A stretch of 64,000 nucleotides of DNA from Myxococcales bacterium (lineage in GTDB: Bacteria > Myxococcota_A > Polyangia > Palsa-1104 > JAEUJZ01): contig JAEUKB010000025.1 in assembly GCA_016794365.1 (NCBI GenBank), positions 244,693-308,692 of the forward strand, written 5' to 3'. Positions 1 to 10,083 of this stretch are shown here, one piece after another. Positions within the stretch are counted from its first letter, which is position 1, and each line of letters begins with the position of its first letter. A program made the translations under genes and the position numbers. Under the pieces are notes generated by a model. That model worked only from the letters and a program-made list of their open reading frames with translations. It was not told the origin of the DNA and ran no database searches.

Positions 1-135
1 GTAGCGGGAGATCTTGAGTAGGAATCAGAACAGAACAGGACGGAGCCCGGGCTGATGAAGGCACTTCGGCATCAGATTGGGAACCCATGTTCGCAATGCT
101 ACATGCACTGGCTCTGCGTCGGCAAGCTTCGCTGA

Positions 136-897
136 TTACATCGGCGGAGTCGGCTCTGGCTGTGCGCAGAGCTGCTGAAGGACCGTGACCGGAATCGGAT
201 TCACTTTGCAGGTCTGACTGCTCGCATCGCAGAAGCCACTCGCACAAAATCCACTCTGCGTACAGGCTGCATCCAGGGGAAGCGGCGGACCGCACAGACC
301 ACTGGGCAAGCAGAGCAGACCTTGGGATGGATCGCAGCGGCCCCCTGTCGTACAGGACTGTCCAGATCCAAGATAGGCCACGCAGACATACGAGGAAGTG
401 ACAAGCATGCAGTAGGAGCCTGTCGCACAGGGCAGTGAGGAACCCGGGGTGCAGGTCTGTCCGACCTTGGCGGTTGGAGCACAGCGGTTGCCCGAGCAGA
501 ATCCATCGGCAATACAGGAGGCAATGCCACTCTCACAGGGGCCCCCAATCGGAGATCGCGGAATCAGTATTCGATCGCAGCCGGGCAGCGTAGTGGGAAC
601 AGCTGCATCACAGCGCTCAAAGCGCTTGGCTTGCGATGCCAGACACTCCTTCGCCGCCTGTGGGTCAAAGGCCATGTAGCCACGGGAAATGTAGTCCTGG
701 GTTCTAACCGTCAGCTTGTAAAAGCTGCTGTCATTTAGATCACTACAGAGCGTGCTACAGCAGCGCAAGCGTGCTTCGCAGGTCTGCTGATACAGCAGCT
801 TCAGATAGTCCGAATAGGAAGCGGGTGTCACAGACTCTGCTTCAACCGTACAGCTGGCAGTCAGTAGCAGTGCCGCGCAAAGAAGCGAAGATCTCAT
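136..897 (-). CDS. Cys-rich secreted protein (signal peptide MRSSLLCAALLLTASC; start taken at the internal Met of ORF 136..936)
   Basis: N-terminal hydrophobic signal ending in a Cys (possible lipobox), then ~30 Cys in CxxC/GxC-rich modules. No catalytic motif recognised. Confidence 0.5.
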   Translation of the reverse strand: MRSSLLCAALLLTASCTVEAESVTPASYSDYLKLLYQQTCEARLRCCSTLCSDLNDSSFYKLTVRTQDYISRGYMAFDPQAAKECLASQAKRFERCDAAVPTTLPGCDRILIPRSPIGGPCESGIASCIADGFCSGNRCAPTAKVGQTCTPGSSLPCATGSYCMLVTSSYVCVAYLGSGQSCTTGGRCDPSQGLLCLPSGLCGPPLPLDAACTQSGFCASGFCDASSQTCKVNPIPVTVLQQLCAQPEPTPPM

Positions 898-935
898 GAT
901 CACACCCCGAAGGTTCTTGATGCAAAGGAACTGCA

Positions 936-2438
936 TTAAAAAACTCCCAGCACACCCAGGTTCGCAAACAGACCCAGCTTGAACTGACTGTCTGCGCGCA
1001 GACCGGATGGACTGTCTTGCGTCGCCCAGAAGTGATCTCCAGAGACTCCAGAGACCAGCTGAAACGCAAACTGCTTGATCGCATACAGACGCAGGCCGGG
1101 TCCGACTTGATAGTTCAAATGCAGGCTACTTGCAGGAAAGCTGGTTGCGCTGGTTGCCACTGCTTCTGGTTCTTGGGTGCGAAGGACCACGCTGCGACCG
1201 ATTCCTAGCTGTACAGATCCAAGCAGCTCCATTCGTCCAGCCGCAGCCCGCACGACTGCGACTTGCAGCAGCGGAGACACAAGAAAGCTGAGCTGATCCG
1301 AGGTGACGGTAGACGAGCCTGCCAGTGCTACAAGCTGGGTCTGCGTTTGGAAGTAGTCGAGTGAAAAGCTGATTCCTAGCAGCACCCGATTCCGCTTTAC
1401 GCCCACCGCAATCAAGCTGCCAATGCTGCTGGTCGCAACAGCAGTGCTGCCAGTCATCTGCACAAACGGATGACGGGCTCCCAGACCAACCAGGAGTACG
1501 GCTCCGTTGCGCTTCTGCTTGTCAGGAGCCTTCCCTTCCCGTTCGAGCTGCTCTTCATCTTCCGGGGTACAGCGCGGCGGCGGAGGCGGAGGAGGAGGCG
1601 GCGGCGGTGGCGGTGGTCCCGGTGGTGGCTCGTAGTCAGACTGCGCCTGATACAGATACTCCTGAACCTTCTTCGTTAGCTCTGGATCGTCTTGCGCATC
1701 GCTGCTGGATAGGTATTGACGGTAGCTTTCGATCGCAGCGGGAAGCTGCTCTAGCTTCTGCTGGGCGCGACCAATGTTGACCAGCAGCCACGGAGCCGGA
1801 AACTGAGCGTAGGCATTTTGGTACAGCGACAGCGCGGCTTCCACTTGACCCAGCTTGGACAGACTGCGCGCCGTTTCGTTTAGCTCTGTACACTTCGGAC
1901 TGGACAGACAGACATCGACGACTTGGGACTGCGCAGCTTGCAGGTACTCTTGCGCCTTTTGGGTCAGCAGTGGATCGCCAGTTGTCTCGATGCTGGCCAG
2001 GTATTGACGATAGCTGTTGATGGCAGCAGGAAGCCGACCTAGACGCTGCTGCATCATGCCAATGCTGATCAGAAGCCACGCAGCCGGATACTTTGCATAC
2101 GCACTTTGAAACAGAGACAGTGCAGAAGGAATCAGCTCTGCTTTGGCCAGGTTGTTGGCGGCATGAAACAGCTCTACGCACTGGGGATCAGATAGACAGA
2201 CATCACCGTTTGCGACCTTCGGCATCGGGGTCAAGGGAAGTCCCTTGGTGGCTGCGGCGCTGGGCGATTGCTTGGGTGCAGCGACAGAAATAGGAACCGT
2301 AAGTGACTGAAAGGGAGTCCAGTCAGACAGTCCACCAAACAGCCACACACACAGGAAAACATAGACAGACACAGCGCGTGCAGAGTCACGGTGGAAGAGC
2401 TGAACAGACATGCGATGCAGCGTCCTTTGGATGGCCAA
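936..2438 (-). CDS. TPR-repeat protein with poly-Pro linker and C-terminal outer-membrane beta-barrel-like domain
   Basis: Two TPR-like modules (AYAKYPAAWLLISIGMMQQRLGRLPAAINSYRQYL and a second copy). A P15 run is encoded by GGN repeats at ~1573-1625. The C-terminal ~200 aa has alternating hydrophobic residues and ends in ...GVLGVF (terminal Phe, typical of OMP barrels). Confidence 0.5.
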   Translation of the reverse strand: MAIQRTLHRMSVQLFHRDSARAVSVYVFLCVWLFGGLSDWTPFQSLTVPISVAAPKQSPSAAATKGLPLTPMPKVANGDVCLSDPQCVELFHAANNLAKAELIPSALSLFQSAYAKYPAAWLLISIGMMQQRLGRLPAAINSYRQYLASIETTGDPLLTQKAQEYLQAAQSQVVDVCLSSPKCTELNETARSLSKLGQVEAALSLYQNAYAQFPAPWLLVNIGRAQQKLEQLPAAIESYRQYLSSSDAQDDPELTKKVQEYLYQAQSDYEPPPGPPPPPPPPPPPPPPRCTPEDEEQLEREGKAPDKQKRNGAVLLVGLGARHPFVQMTGSTAVATSSIGSLIAVGVKRNRVLLGISFSLDYFQTQTQLVALAGSSTVTSDQLSFLVSPLLQVAVVRAAAGRMELLGSVQLGIGRSVVLRTQEPEAVATSATSFPASSLHLNYQVGPGLRLYAIKQFAFQLVSGVSGDHFWATQDSPSGLRADSQFKLGLFANLGVLGVF

Positions 2439-2448
2439 AGCCGTTCCT

Positions 2449-3870
2449 TTAGTCTTCGATGTGAAGTCGGCGATTGTTGACTTTGCTCGGTCGAGTCTTC
2501 TTGCTGGTTGATGGCACAGGCTTCTTTGTGCCAGCGTCGCTTCGCTTGCTGCTGACCGCGCTGCTGTTGGCCACCGGACGGGTCGGTGTGCTCTGCGCAG
2601 CGACGGGCTGCGGAGTCGGCAAAGGAGTCGGTTCCGGATCAGGAATCACCGCTTTCGCTGGGCTCTGTTCCTGTGGCTGCGCGGGCAGAATCACCGCTGG
2701 CTGCGGTGGTAGCTGCATCGCTTCCTTGCGCCGATTGAGCTGAAGCGTTGCAAGCACCAGCACCACACTGAGGACTCCCAAACCCACAGAGGCCAGCAGG
2801 ATTCTGCGCGGCTTGCGTGCGTGCGCTTGACCGGCTGCGCGACCGATTGTCGATGGAAGCACTGGTTCATCGCTGACCAGTGTCACCCCGCGAATGACCT
2901 GCATCCCTTGGCTCAGCCGTCTGCGCGGACGCGGATGTCGCTCACGCATCGCTTCCAGAAGCTCTGCTGCTTCCAGCATGCTGGGCCGCTTGGTGCGATC
3001 TTTTTCTAACAGCCGCAGCACAAGCTGAGAAAGCTCCGCAGGACAGCCTGGCGCACGCTCTGCGATGGGCGGAGGCGGTTCGTTTAAGTGCTTGACGATC
3101 AGCTCTCCGATTCCTTCTCCCTCAAACGGAGGCTTGCCGGTGATCATCTCGTACAGGATCACACCCAGCGAATAGACATCGGTCTTGGCATCAACTTTTC
3201 CAGATCCCTGCGCCTGCTCTGGAGACATATAAAACGGAGTCCCAATCATCGCGCTGGTCTGGGTCTTGACGCTTGCGCGATCACTTTTTCCGGCCAGCTT
3301 GGCGATTCCGAAGTCCAGCACTTTGGTCCGTTCTCCCGTCGCCATCTGCCGATCAGGAACGACCATGATGTTGTCTGGCTTCAAGTCTCTATGAATGATG
3401 TCGCGCGCATGTGCGGCGGCCAAAGACTCTGCAACCAGTGCGGCCAGATCAATGCACTCACCAATCGCGAGCGGCGCGTTGCGATGGATGCGTGTGCGCA
3501 GAGACTCTCCCTGCAGCAGCTCCATCACGATGTACGCGGTTCCGTCTTCTAGTCTTCCGTGATCAGAGATCTGGACCACGCCCGGATGATCGATGCGATT
3601 GGCTGCGCGCGCTTCATTGATGAAGCGAGTCGCGGTGTCTGGATCATGCGAGTAGCGCGCATGCAGCATCTTGATCGCGACCTTGCGCTCGATGGCTTCA
3701 TTGAAGCCTTCATAGACCGCACCCATCCCACCTGCGCCCAGCTTGCGGATGATTCGGTACGGACCGATCCGCTCCGGCATGGGCGGCTCTTGGCGGCGGA
3801 CAAAGTCTTGGCTTTCCGAAGACTCGGTAGGAACCGGACTCTGTCCCGAGGTTTCATCTAGGTCGGCCAT
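2449..3870 (-). CDS. Hanks-type Ser/Thr protein kinase, membrane-anchored, Pro-rich C-terminus
   Basis: Motifs GAGGMGAVY, AIK, HRDLKPDNIMV, DFGIAK, GTPFYMSPE, then a TM helix (ILLASVGLGVLSVVLVLATL) and a Pro/Gln-rich tail. Start placed at the MADLDETSGQ Met upstream of the glycine loop. Confidence 0.85.
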   Translation of the reverse strand: MADLDETSGQSPVPTESSESQDFVRRQEPPMPERIGPYRIIRKLGAGGMGAVYEGFNEAIERKVAIKMLHARYSHDPDTATRFINEARAANRIDHPGVVQISDHGRLEDGTAYIVMELLQGESLRTRIHRNAPLAIGECIDLAALVAESLAAAHARDIIHRDLKPDNIMVVPDRQMATGERTKVLDFGIAKLAGKSDRASVKTQTSAMIGTPFYMSPEQAQGSGKVDAKTDVYSLGVILYEMITGKPPFEGEGIGELIVKHLNEPPPPIAERAPGCPAELSQLVLRLLEKDRTKRPSMLEAAELLEAMRERHPRPRRRLSQGMQVIRGVTLVSDEPVLPSTIGRAAGQAHARKPRRILLASVGLGVLSVVLVLATLQLNRRKEAMQLPPQPAVILPAQPQEQSPAKAVIPDPEPTPLPTPQPVAAQSTPTRPVANSSAVSSKRSDAGTKKPVPSTSKKTRPSKVNNRRLHIED

Positions 3871-4217
3871 CAGTTCCGCTGATATGCATGTGCCGCGCCA
3901 CGCTCTCTGATTTGCGAAAATTTGTGCTGGACAGCGACGAAAACGGATGGTGTCGAAGTGCTCTGGAAGACTGATTCCTATCCTGCGACTGCGTTGTAGA
4001 AAAGTGCGCGCAAGCAGTGTGCGAGCAGTGCGCGCGCAGTCCCAAAGGAAGCCGTCATACAGGCTGTTCACGAGCTAGATTTTTCGTCGCTGACAACCAA
4101 CTGTGCGCAGCACATTCTGTGGCCCCAGATGGTGGCTCTCGTACGTGGTCGAGAACTTGCAATGTATCTGGTGACAGAGACTCGCACGCACGAGTGCTCC
4201 GTACGGTTGGACATGTG

Positions 4218-4635
4218 ATGGACGGACTGGATCAGATCTTTGGTAGTTATCAGGTCGTACGGCTGCTCGGTAAGGGTGGGATGGGCTCTGTCTATGAAGC
4301 TCGTCACACGACACTGGAGCGTCGCGCCGCAATCAAGGTCTTACACAAGGAATTTTGTGAAGACCCCGAGGTACTCAAGCGCTTCATGAACGAAGCGCGC
4401 GCGGTGAACATCATCGGACACGCGGGACTCGTCGCAGTGTCCGAGTTCGGCCAGACCAAAGAGGGTGCTCCCTACATTGTGATGGAGTACATCGATGGCA
4501 TCACGCTGCGCGAATACATTCGTCGCGCCGGTGGCCACCTGAGTGTCGAGCAGGTGATTCGACTGTCGCGTCAGATTGCTTCTGCACTCGCTGCCGCGCA
4601 CGCCAAGAAGATCGTCCACCGAGACCAAACGCCAG
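4218..4635 (+). pseudogene. N-terminal half (subdomains I-VIb) of a Ser/Thr kinase, truncated immediately after HRD
   Basis: GKGGMGSVYEA, AIKVLHK, YIVMEY, AKKIVHRD, then non-kinase read-through (QTPADFPSRSEC...) into foreign AT-rich DNA. The complementary C-terminal half is at ~10230. Confidence 0.8.
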
Positions 4636-4717
4636 CGGACTTTCCGTCGCGAAGTGAATGCCAGATCCGGGCAGGGGAAACGCTGCAAAAATCGCCAATA
4701 CGATCCCGGCACAGCGC

Positions 4718-4816
4718 GAATGAATACACATTCAGTAAAATGATTGAAAGTTCATTTTGATGAGCAAATATTCATTGTGATGAGCATGGCTTCAGTATAC
4801 TGAGTGAGTATTCAGT
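4718..4816. promoter_or_regulatory. Putative TetR operator/promoter region: AT-rich with palindromes
   Basis: Perfect 12-bp palindrome TCAGTATACTGA (4792-4803). GAATG-N6-CATTC (4718-4733). TGAATAC/GTATTCA inverted copies (4721-4727, 4807-4813). All lie just upstream of the tetR start at 4831. Confidence 0.4.
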
Positions 4817-4830
4817 CTGGAGCCCATGTG

Positions 4831-5469
4831 ATGCGCAAGAGTGATCCAATCGCTGTTCAGCTGGCCGATGCGAGGAAGAACCAGATCCTAGACGCTGCAA
4901 CCCAGGTGTTTGCGGATCGCGGCTTCCATGCTGCGACCATCAAGGACATCGCCCAGCAAGCCGGAGTTGCCGACGGAACGATCTACCTGTACTTCAAGAC
5001 CAAGGCAGATCTGTTCGTTGGCATTCTCGATCGGCTCAATGAAACAGAGCGTCGCGCCGTGGACCTATCGGCAGCGGTGCCAACAGAAGCAGACTTCCGC
5101 GAGTTCTTTGCGACGTACATGCGGAAGCGCCTGTCGCTGCTGGAAGAGAACCTGCGGACGTTTCAGGCGGTCATCCCGGAGCTGCTTCAAAACCGAGAGC
5201 TGCGCGAGCGCTACCTGACCGAGATCCTGGAGCCGAGCTTTCGGATCGCTGTGCCGCTCATTGGCAAGCGCCTTCAGCCTGCACTCAAGCGCAAGGTGAG
5301 CGTCGAGCTGGCTGTTCGTACCATCCCGAGCATGGTGCTGGGCATGCTGATCTTGCGAATGCTTGGTGATCCTACCGTCGAGAAATCATGGGCGGAGCTG
5401 CCAGACCTTTTGACGACGATGCTGTTCGATGGCTTCTGGTCCCAGTCACAGAGGGGGAAAAAGAAATGA
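4831..5469 (+). CDS. TetR-family transcriptional regulator
   Basis: N-terminal HTH ILDAATQVFADRGFHAATIKDIAQQAGVADGTIYLYFKTKADLF is the TetR_N signature. Its stop overlaps the P450 start (ATGA). Confidence 0.85.
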   Translation: MRKSDPIAVQLADARKNQILDAATQVFADRGFHAATIKDIAQQAGVADGTIYLYFKTKADLFVGILDRLNETERRAVDLSAAVPTEADFREFFATYMRKRLSLLEENLRTFQAVIPELLQNRELRERYLTEILEPSFRIAVPLIGKRLQPALKRKVSVELAVRTIPSMVLGMLILRMLGDPTVEKSWAELPDLLTTMLFDGFWSQSQRGKKK

Positions 5470-6719
5470 CCGCACTGTCTGTTGAACGAGTTCTGTCTTC
5501 ACAGCCTGGCAACCTGGTCGATATCACAGGGTCCGATTGGAAGGCCGATCCGTTTCCGTTCTACGCACAGCTTCGACAGCACAAGCCGGTGCTGCGCGTA
5601 CGAATGGGACGAATGGAAGGCTGGCTGATCACGCGCTATGACGATGTGGTTTCGGTGCTGCGTGATCCTCGGTTTGTCAAAGATGTACGGAAGATTGCAG
5701 CGGCGGCAGAGCTGTCGCGGCGACCGTGGGTTCCGTCGTTTCTGCATGCGCTCGAACAGAACATGCTGGATCAGGATGCGCCGAACCACACGCGGCTGCG
5801 GACGCTGGTTCACAAGGCGTTTACTCCGACGCGAATTGAGCAGCTACGGACGCACATTCGATCGCTGTCAGAAGGAATCCTTCATGGGCTGAAACAGAAG
5901 CCGAAGTTCGATCTGGTGGCCGACTTTGCGCTGCCGCTTCCGCTCACGGTGATCTGCGAGCTGCTTGGGATTCCTGAACAGGAAAGGAGTCTGTTTCAGC
6001 GTCTGTCCCAGCAGGCGTTGCTGCCTCCTACTACGCTGAACATGGTGCGGCTGATGCCCGCAATGTGGCGGCTGATTCGCTACATTCGTCGTCTGCTCGC
6101 GCTGCGCAAGCAGTCCCCCCAAGATGATCTGCTGACCGCGCTGTCCCATGCAGAAGCAGCGGGTGACACGCTGAGCGAAGATGAGCAAGTGGCCATGGTG
6201 ATGCTGCTCCTGATTGCTGGACATGAAACGACGGTGAACCTGATCTCGTCGGGAATGCTGGCGCTCCTTGATCATCCAGAGCAGCTTGCATGGCTGCGCG
6301 CGCATCCAGAAGGAATGAAGACAGCGGTCGAGGAATTGCTGCGCTACTGCAATCCGGTAGAGACTGCGACCGAGCGCTACGCAGCAGAAGCGATGACGAT
6401 TCAGGGACAGCCGATTCGCCAAGGAGAGCTGGTCATCGCGTCGCTGGCATCGGCCAATCGCGATGAAACGCACTTTCCGAATCCAGAAGTACTGGATCTG
6501 AAGCGCGAGCCGAATCGCCACTTGGCGTTTGGTCAGGGCAGTCACTTTTGTTTGGGCGCGCCGCTTGCGCGGATGGAAGCTCAGATCGGGCTGGGAGTCC
6601 TGATCGAGCGGTTTGCAGCGCTGAGACTGGCGGTTCCTCGGGACAAGCTGCGCTGGCGGAACACGCCGGTGGTGCGCGGGCTCAAGGCGCTGCCGCTCAT
6701 GCACGCGATCACGCGGTAA
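5466..6719 (+). CDS. Cytochrome P450 monooxygenase
   Basis: Heme-binding loop FGQGSHFCLGAPLA, I-helix AGHETT, ExxR (EELLRY), about 417 aa. Confidence 0.9.
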   Translation: MTALSVERVLSSQPGNLVDITGSDWKADPFPFYAQLRQHKPVLRVRMGRMEGWLITRYDDVVSVLRDPRFVKDVRKIAAAAELSRRPWVPSFLHALEQNMLDQDAPNHTRLRTLVHKAFTPTRIEQLRTHIRSLSEGILHGLKQKPKFDLVADFALPLPLTVICELLGIPEQERSLFQRLSQQALLPPTTLNMVRLMPAMWRLIRYIRRLLALRKQSPQDDLLTALSHAEAAGDTLSEDEQVAMVMLLLIAGHETTVNLISSGMLALLDHPEQLAWLRAHPEGMKTAVEELLRYCNPVETATERYAAEAMTIQGQPIRQGELVIASLASANRDETHFPNPEVLDLKREPNRHLAFGQGSHFCLGAPLARMEAQIGLGVLIERFAALRLAVPRDKLRWRNTPVVRGLKALPLMHAITR

Positions 6720-6845
6720 TCGCTGGCGCGGTTCATCGTTTCACGCGCTGCAACAGCACCTTTCATGGACTTGCGTTGTGGGTCGCTGCGACGTGCCCTA
6801 CCTTTGAAAGGAGTCCAGACAGACAAAGGAAGGAGAGCACGGACA

Positions 6846-7481
6846 ATGAAGATTGCATTCATTGGGGCGGGAAGAGTCGGAGCCCCGTTGGCCATTCGAC
6901 TGGCCGATGCAGGACATCAGGTTGTACTGGCGCAGACTGCGGATGGTTCCGAGACGGTGGCTGCGGCGCTGTTGCGGAGTCAGAGACTCTCTGCACAGCC
7001 ACTTGGTGCAGCGATACAGGATGCAGAGGTTGTGTTTCTTGCGACGCCCTTTCCGGTGGTCGAAGCGCTGCTTGCTCCACTTGCGGATGCGCTTGCGGGC
7101 AAGGTGCTGGTCGATTGCACCAATCCCGTCGGGCCCGGACTGTCTCACGGACTGGGAAGTCAGCGATCGGGCAGCGAGCTGATTCAGTCGCTTGTCCCGC
7201 GTGCGCACGTCGTCAAAGCCTTCAGCATCTATGGATTTGAAAACCTGGAAGATCCTTCGTATCCGGCCTACAGCACCAAGCCGGTGATGCTCTTTTGCGG
7301 AGACGATCCCAGCGCCAAGCAGATCGTTCGTACGCTCATCAGTGACTACGGGTTTGAGCCGCTGGATGTCGGGCGACTGGTTCAAGCGCTGCACCTTGAA
7401 CACATGACGCTTCTGTGGGTTCGCATGGTCCGCGCAGAAGGTCACTCTCCGCACATGGTCTGGGCTTCGCTCCGACGATAA
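6846..7481 (+). CDS. NADP-dependent oxidoreductase, F420-dependent NADP reductase / pyrroline-5-carboxylate reductase-like Rossmann family
   Basis: MKIAFIGAGRVGAPLAIRLADAGHQVVL dinucleotide-binding fold at the N-terminus. About 211 aa. Confidence 0.6.
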   Translation: MKIAFIGAGRVGAPLAIRLADAGHQVVLAQTADGSETVAAALLRSQRLSAQPLGAAIQDAEVVFLATPFPVVEALLAPLADALAGKVLVDCTNPVGPGLSHGLGSQRSGSELIQSLVPRAHVVKAFSIYGFENLEDPSYPAYSTKPVMLFCGDDPSAKQIVRTLISDYGFEPLDVGRLVQALHLEHMTLLWVRMVRAEGHSPHMVWASLRR

Positions 7482-7580
7482 TTTCCTGCGCTGATTCCAT
7501 TCCCTTTTCCTCTGGAAGACACTCCTTTTCCACCAGGTGTGACGGCGTGGAAAAGTCGCCCGCTGCTTCTCGACGCAGTG

Positions 7581-7606
7581 CTGATCCACCGAGATCTGAA
7601 GCCGGT
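7581..7606 (+). other. Orphan kinase catalytic-loop remnant (encodes LIHRDLKPV) in intergenic DNA
   Basis: ctgatccaccgagatctgaagccggt translates to LIHRDLKPV. No other kinase subdomains are present on either side. Sits between the oxidoreductase and esterase genes. Confidence 0.6.
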
Positions 7607-7757
7607 AAAGCTTATATTCCGTCGAGAATTGGCTTCCTGACTTCCGCGCGCTCGTCTCTTTGGCAAGCGGAACTGGGTCTGCGATTCCTTGTGTGCGTGG
7701 ACAGTGCTGGCGTCTTTCTGGCTTCGCAGGTAGGGTTCGCTCTCAAAAGGAGTCTGT

Positions 7758-8663
7758 ATGATCCACGCTGCTCGAAGTTGTCTGTTGGTGGCTGGGCTCT
7801 CTGTTGGGCTGCTTGCGTGCGACGCTGCATCTTCTGTGGATGCTGATCCCGCTTTGAGCATGGCTCCGAGCCGAGAGACTTCCAGGCTGATCATGTCGCG
7901 TCCGTACAAGTACAAAGTCCCCAAAGGATACGATGCGACAAAGCCCACTCCGCTTGTGGTGATGCTGCATGGTCTGTCTGCCAGCGGAGAGCTGAACGAG
8001 CTGGTCCTGCACCTGTCCCCTCTTGCTGATGAGCGAACGTTTCTGTACGCATATCCCGACGGCACCAAGAATCCTGTTGGCGCGCGCTTTTGGAATGCCA
8101 CCGATGGCTGCTGCGATTTTTTTGGTAGCAAGGTGGACGACGTTGCGTACTTGACTGCGGTCATCGATGATCTCTCGAGTCAATACAATGTCGATGCCAA
8201 GCGGATCTTCTTAGTGGGACACTCGAACGGTGGCTACATGGCGCATCGCATGGCCTGCGATCGCAGTCCGAAAATCGCTGGCATCGTCAGCTTGGCTGGC
8301 GGTCAGTGGATCGACTCGAGCAAGTGCCGTCCAAGCAGCAAAGTGTCGGTGCTACAAGTCCACGGTACTGCCGATACCAATGTTGCGTATGAGGGCACAC
8401 CACTGACTCCTTCTGCGCATCAGACCGTCGCCATCTGGGCCGATCGCAATGCCTGTCTTGGACCCCTTACATTTGGCGGAATCCGAATCGATATTGAGTC
8501 CACACTGGCCGGTGCAGAGACCAAGGTCGAGTCCCATTCCGGCTGTGCGAAAGAGGGCGCTGCCGAGCTGTGGACCATTGAAAAGGGAGGACATATTCCC
8601 TCTTTCAACACCAAGTGGCCTGGTGCCATCTATGACTTTCTGATGGCGCATCCGAAGCCCTGA
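7758..8663 (+). CDS. Secreted esterase/lipoprotein of the PHB-depolymerase-like alpha/beta-hydrolase family
   Basis: Signal peptide with a lipobox-like LLAC. VVMLHGLSASGE and the nucleophile elbow LVGHSNGG. Acidic and His residues downstream. Confidence 0.7.
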   Translation: MIHAARSCLLVAGLSVGLLACDAASSVDADPALSMAPSRETSRLIMSRPYKYKVPKGYDATKPTPLVVMLHGLSASGELNELVLHLSPLADERTFLYAYPDGTKNPVGARFWNATDGCCDFFGSKVDDVAYLTAVIDDLSSQYNVDAKRIFLVGHSNGGYMAHRMACDRSPKIAGIVSLAGGQWIDSSKCRPSSKVSVLQVHGTADTNVAYEGTPLTPSAHQTVAIWADRNACLGPLTFGGIRIDIESTLAGAETKVESHSGCAKEGAAELWTIEKGGHIPSFNTKWPGAIYDFLMAHPKP

Positions 8664-8895
8664 TATCTGCATCGCTACGCAGCCAGAAGAGGAGTCGTTT
8701 GGATCGCAATAGGAATGGTTTGATGTGATGACAGCGACGTGGAGTCCTGGCAGCAGGATGCGTACAGGTGATGAAACAGGAGTGCTGGACTGCGCTGTAG
8801 GAACTGCGCGTTAAAAAAAGCTACGCAACCAACGCGCTGAGTACGCGATACTCCTCATGTTTCGCCACGCTGCAAGCATTTCAGGGGACTGATCC

Positions 8896-10083
8896 ATGTC
8901 GTTTGACAGTGCGCTCAAGAAGGCTGCCGTACACCCCTTTGGCCCATCGAATGGGGCGGTTCCCAAGTCTGTCGCTCCACCTCCCTCTGCACTGCAACCG
9001 ACCGCTGCGCCACCGCCCGCCGCAGCGTCCTTTGTGCAAGCCAAGACGAGTCAGGCACTCTCTAGCTTGTTTGGATTTATGACGGACACGGCAGGTGCTG
9101 CCAAAGCGGCTCCGCAGGCACTGGCCAAGCAGGGACCGTCGCTGGCCTCGAAGGCTGGATCGACCCCTGTTGGGGAGTCTGTTTCCCAAGCTGCGCCCAG
9201 TCCACAGAAGGCTGAGCAGGCCGCCAAGATGGCAGCGCAGACGCTCGGAAAAGCGTCTCCTCCTGATCAGAAAGTCGCGCTGGCTGCGAAGATGGCCGCG
9301 AAGGCTACGCATCCAGAAGCGCCCTCCGAACAGAGAGCCGCGCTCAAGGAAAAGCTCGCAGCGGCGGTCAAAACGGTTCCTGATGGAAAGAAAGCAGAGC
9401 TGGCAAAAAAAGTTGCAGCAGCGACGGCAGAAAAGGACGCTCCTTTCGCAAACAGAGTCGCTCACTTTGCATCGAACCTACGTGGTGGCGCACCAGCATC
9501 CGCACAGGCTCCGCTGCCGCAGACGGTCGGCGCTGGCCCAAATGCAGAGGAAGAGGATCGCAAAATCCTCGATGTCGATTTCCAGCAGCAGGAATGGGGG
9601 CACTGGTGTGGGCCTGCCTCGACGCGGATTGCACTGTCAGCGCGGATGGACAATCCACCAAGTCAGCAAGCGCTGGCTGATCAGCTGGGTACACACGGGG
9701 GCGGAACAGATCACATCGGACTGATTACCTCGGTGCTCAACGATCAGCTGGGCACTGGCTATTACGAAAACAAGCTGATTCCTGGTGCAACTGCGACGGA
9801 TGAAGAGCGCGATCTGCTCTGGAAAGACATCGTCACAGACATCGACAACAACTATCCGATCGTTGCCAACATTGTCGCACCACCGAGCAATCATCCCGAT
9901 GGTTATCCAGACGACGAGACGATTTATCACTATGTAAGCATCATTGGATACGACAAGAGTGATCAGGCTGCGCTCGTCGCTGATCCGGCCAAATTCAATC
10001 ATCGCCCTGGCTTTCAGTCACAGTACTGGATGGGGATCGATAAGCTGGCAGACTTGATTGCGCGCAAGGGCTATTCCGCGTAA
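8896..10083 (+). CDS. Protein with Ala/Lys/Pro-rich repeat N-terminus and C-terminal papain-like (peptidase C39-like, PF13529-type) domain
   Basis: The C-terminal ~170 aa contains QQEWGHWCGPAS (candidate Cys nucleophile) and ETIYHYVSIIGYD (His). The N-terminal 220 aa are low-complexity A/K/P with repeated KMAA/KVAA units. No signal peptide. Confidence 0.5.
   Translation: MSFDSALKKAAVHPFGPSNGAVPKSVAPPPSALQPTAAPPPAAASFVQAKTSQALSSLFGFMTDTAGAAKAAPQALAKQGPSLASKAGSTPVGESVSQAAPSPQKAEQAAKMAAQTLGKASPPDQKVALAAKMAAKATHPEAPSEQRAALKEKLAAAVKTVPDGKKAELAKKVAAATAEKDAPFANRVAHFASNLRGGAPASAQAPLPQTVGAGPNAEEEDRKILDVDFQQQEWGHWCGPASTRIALSARMDNPPSQQALADQLGTHGGGTDHIGLITSVLNDQLGTGYYENKLIPGATATDEERDLLWKDIVTDIDNNYPIVANIVAPPSNHPDGYPDDETIYHYVSIIGYDKSDQAALVADPAKFNHRPGFQSQYWMGIDKLADLIARKGYSA

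Noticed and set aside
3088-3861. Several plus-strand ORFs within the 2449..3870 kinase gene
   Set aside because: Antisense to a gene with complete kinase motifs. No independent support.
7415-7846. 143-aa ORF spanning the oxidoreductase-esterase intergenic region
   Set aside because: Reads the HRDLKPV remnant in the wrong frame and overlaps the esterase start. It is probably non-coding remnant DNA rather than a gene.
9095-9724. Arg-rich 209-aa ORF and other frame-shifted ORFs over the C39-like gene
   Set aside because: Typical spurious GC-rich alternative frames. The 8896..10083 frame carries the papain-like motifs.
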